Assembly: GCA_024679065.1 (NCBI GenBank)
Contig: JAGIQG010000003.1
Location: 106,144,001-106,208,000, forward strand
Reading direction: 5' to 3'
Source of the DNA: Sphyrna mokarran
Lineage: Eukaryota
Length of the DNA stretch: 64,000 bases
Below are positions 60,988 to 64,000 of this stretch, piece after piece (the stretch's first letter is position 1; each line of letters opens with the position of its first letter). The translations under genes were made by a program, and so were the position numbers. The notes beneath the pieces are model-generated. The model was given only the letters and a program-made list of their open reading frames with translations, did no database searches and was not told the DNA's origin.

Positions 60988-61764
60988 GTAAGTTATTAAC
61001 CATATTTTCTGTGAAATTGCATGTTGCATGAATTAGTCTTTACTTCTTTTGATAATAAAACTTAATGGGCACAAAGCTAAGCTATTTATTTAAATGTTAC
61101 TATAGTACAGAATGGGCTTTCCATGTCCCTCAGGTATTTTTTAGAATGTGTGTCTATAATAGTACTTAAACTAAAAGTTTAGGGCAAGAAAACTATTTGA
61201 ATTAGGTACTTGGTGCTTATAGAGAAAGCATATTTTGAGGAAATACCCTATTACCATAAATGTTGTGGAGGTTACCTGAAGTTTTTATTGGTGTCACTTA
61301 ATTACCAGTTGTTGCTCCATTTTATGCTTTCAAACCTGGTTGGCAGTGAATTCTGTGGTTGAAACTCAAACTCATGTGATTATCATCAATTTCTGCTGAC
61401 CTTTCATTTAGAAATCCTGACAATTTTTCATATACTCTGGTGCTCACCTTTAAGCAAAGATTTCAATATATTTCTTGTGTTAACTCGTCTATAGTTCACT
61501 AGATTTGTTTTATTTTTCTTTTTGATGAAGGGCATTACATTCGCTGTCTTCAGTCCTCAAGAATACTTTGTTTGTTGAGTTTTTATATATCAATAATTGT
61601 GCTTCTACTATTTTCTCCCTAGTTTATTTCAATAACTTCCAGTGCAATCTGTCTGGACTTGGATGTTTTAACCTACTTAAGTTCTGATCGTGGTTGAATC
61701 AATAATTGGAAGTATATTATTACTTGATTAGTACTTGAATGCGTATAAATAGAGAGCGATGGGT

Positions 61765-62405
61765 ACTCAGTGAGACCATAATGTCTTTGTGAATCAGTTG
61801 CTAAAAATAAGCATGCAGGTACAGCAGGCAATAAAGAAGGCAGATGGTATTTTGGCCTTCATAATGAGAGGATTTGAGTATAGGAATAGGGATGTTTTGC
61901 TGTAATTGTACAGGGCATTGGTGAGGCCATATGCAATTTTGGTGTCCTTATCTGAGAGAAGATGTCCTTGCTTTAGAGGGAGTGCAGCCAAGGTTTACCA
62001 GGCTGATTCCTGCGATGGCAGATCTGTCATATGAGGAGAGATTAAGTCGGTTAGGATTATATTCACTGGAGTTTAGAAGAGTGAGAGGGGATCTCATAGA
62101 AACCTATAAAATTCTAACAGGGTTAGACTGGGTAGATCAGAAAGAATGTTCCTAATGCTGGAGGAGTTCAGAACTAGAAGTCATAGTTTGAGGGTAGTTT
62201 AGAACTGAGGTGAGGAAAAGTTTCTACATCCAGAGGGAGTAAATCTGTGGAAGAACTTAGATATAGCTCTTGGGGCTAATGGGAGCAAGGGATATGGGAA
62301 GAAAGTGATATCAGAATATTGAATTTGATGATCAGCCATGATCAAAATGAATGATGGAGCAGGCTTGGAGGGGTGAATGGTCTACTCCTGCTGATAGTTC
62401 CTATA
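61765..62405 (+). mobile_element. CR1/HER1 LINE 3' fragment
   Basis: ORF 61931..62155 QFWCPYLREDVLALEGVQPRFTRLIP...RGDLIETYKIL; tail ggggtgaatggtctactcctgct. Confidence 0.9.
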
Positions 62406-64000
62406 ATTGTATTTTTCGCTTTTTCCACCCGGCATCAAGTAAGGTACTGAAAAATAATGCAGACACCACACATGCTCAAATGCAGTGTCAGTTGCTTGCA
62501 TTAAAGATTTCACAGACCAAGCAACCACACAGAGAGTTTTGCCGCACCCCTGCTCCTGTTTCCCTCCCTCCCCTCGCTGCTGATGTTGCAGTATGTGACC
62601 ATGTCATCACACCATACGTGCATATGTTGGATACTGGCAAACAAAGAAGCAGGTACATTCCAACTTCCAAGGTTGCTTTCTTTGGCCACTGGGATATTGA
62701 TGCCGATTCCAATAGACTCCCAACATTCTGAAAGGATTTGCAGTGCTAGTTGATGTTAAGTTGGCATATAAGCTGTTAGGAGCTATAAGGTTGAGAGGAG
62801 GAGCATTGGTTGACATGGAGGGCATGAGACCATTATGAGTGAGAGGCCGCATGGGTTGGCATGTGTTGGCATCGATGGGGCATGGGGACTGAGTGGGGAT
62901 GGTGGGGACTAGAAGGCCTAATATTGAGTAACTGAATAAAATGACTGGGATGCAGTCCAGAGAACTGAGGCTAGCCTTTGAACAATTCCTTGGATGGAAT
63001 TTTCCCATCCCGCCACAGGGATTGTAAAAGGGTATGGACCACACGAAGATCCGTTTTCCTCAGGCGAGATTTTTCTGTCTTGGGGTGAATGTGGCTGGTA
63101 AATCCCACCTCCAAACTGTTCCTGGGGATGGAGGATTCAACTTAATCCCACACTTTATCCTTCTCCCCTCTGCATCCCCACCCTCCCATCCCAGAATTAG
63201 GATCCCACCATTCAGGGCATCTTTTCCCAAGTTGAGTGTAGAGAGCTCATATATTCCTGACTTTCTGCACCTGCCTTGCTAGAATCTGTTAAATATCACT
63301 CCAATTTCAGTGTCAGATCCTGATATTATTAATTAAACTGCAATCCAATTTCAGAGGAAAGGAGTTCAGTGCAAAAAGCCTGAACCATTAATTATCAAGT
63401 AGAAAATGGAGCAATAAAAGGCACCAATAAGTAGATAGGTATCCTCTTGTACACATTTGTGTGTGTGGAGAGAATCCTTAGAGTAATTCTGTAATCACTG
63501 TAAATGGAAAGTTATGCACCTTAATGAAAGAAAGCTGATGGCCTAGAAATTGGATCACGCTGCACTCATTTTATAAATGTAAATTGGCACCACAGCTTCA
63601 AATATGGCGGGTGACTTGGCTGCGCTCTTTCTGTTCTGAAAGTACAGATTGGGCTTATTCTATTAGTTGGATAAGCATTTTACATTGCAGCCACAACTGG
63701 AAACTCAAACCAGGACATGGATAGCACTACCTGTAGCTATCATTGACACACTAGCCCTTGTTTTTAACGTAAGTATCGCCCAGTTTACTGAACACCCATT
63801 CTATCAGGGAGGTCCCAAAGGCTAATGTGTGAGCTGCCATTGAAATGTTCATCTGTCAGCAGAGACTTCATCCTGTCATGTTCAAACAGTTAACCACTTC
63901 TTTCACATCAGACAGAATGGTCTCCATGCACCGTGCAAAGTGTTGACAAGCTGTTGAACCACCATTGGCACCTTTTCCTCTAATTCTTTCAGATTGTGGC

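Noticed and set aside
60777-61031. Stand-alone 84-aa ORF
   Set aside because: The apparent start is an internal TTG (Leu), and the tail [14 protein letters not shown] is intron read-through past the donor at 60987.
63970-64000. Acceptor-like ccttttcctctaattctttcag|attgtggc at the window end
   Set aside because: It would give Y-C-G, not the expected (Y)ADRAQK or the short alternative insert I recall. Only 8 nt are visible, so it cannot be supported as the next exon.

Overview
AT-rich vertebrate genomic DNA, almost certainly from a shark: HE1-type V-SINEs, HER1/CR1 LINEs and SacSINE1-like DeuSINEs are all present. The window lies inside one + strand gene, CADPS (CAPS1, Ca2+-dependent activator protein for secretion). 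Five internal coding exons (122-233, 9688-9827, 46880-46946, 57173-57281, 60775-60987) splice in frame through GT-AG introns and encode the end of the C2 domain and the PH domain. The rest is intron, filled with SINEs, CR1/L2/Rex1 LINE fragments, a truncated Gypsy element, PIF/Harbinger remnants and minisatellites. Almost all supplied ORFs are spurious or repeat-derived. The most notable observation is a family of short Penelope-like insertions (4 loci, 10-12 bp TSDs, two as fold-back inverted pairs) carrying minimal type I hammerhead ribozyme cores with three different compensatory stem II sequences, all within one CADPS intron. Also notable: a young CR1 with a V-SINE central domain in its 3' UTR, two alternative tails on the same V-SINE, and a tRNA-headed SINE body that runs directly into a LINE endonuclease. 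Family names and protein comparisons are from recall, not database searches. Repeat boundaries are approximate.
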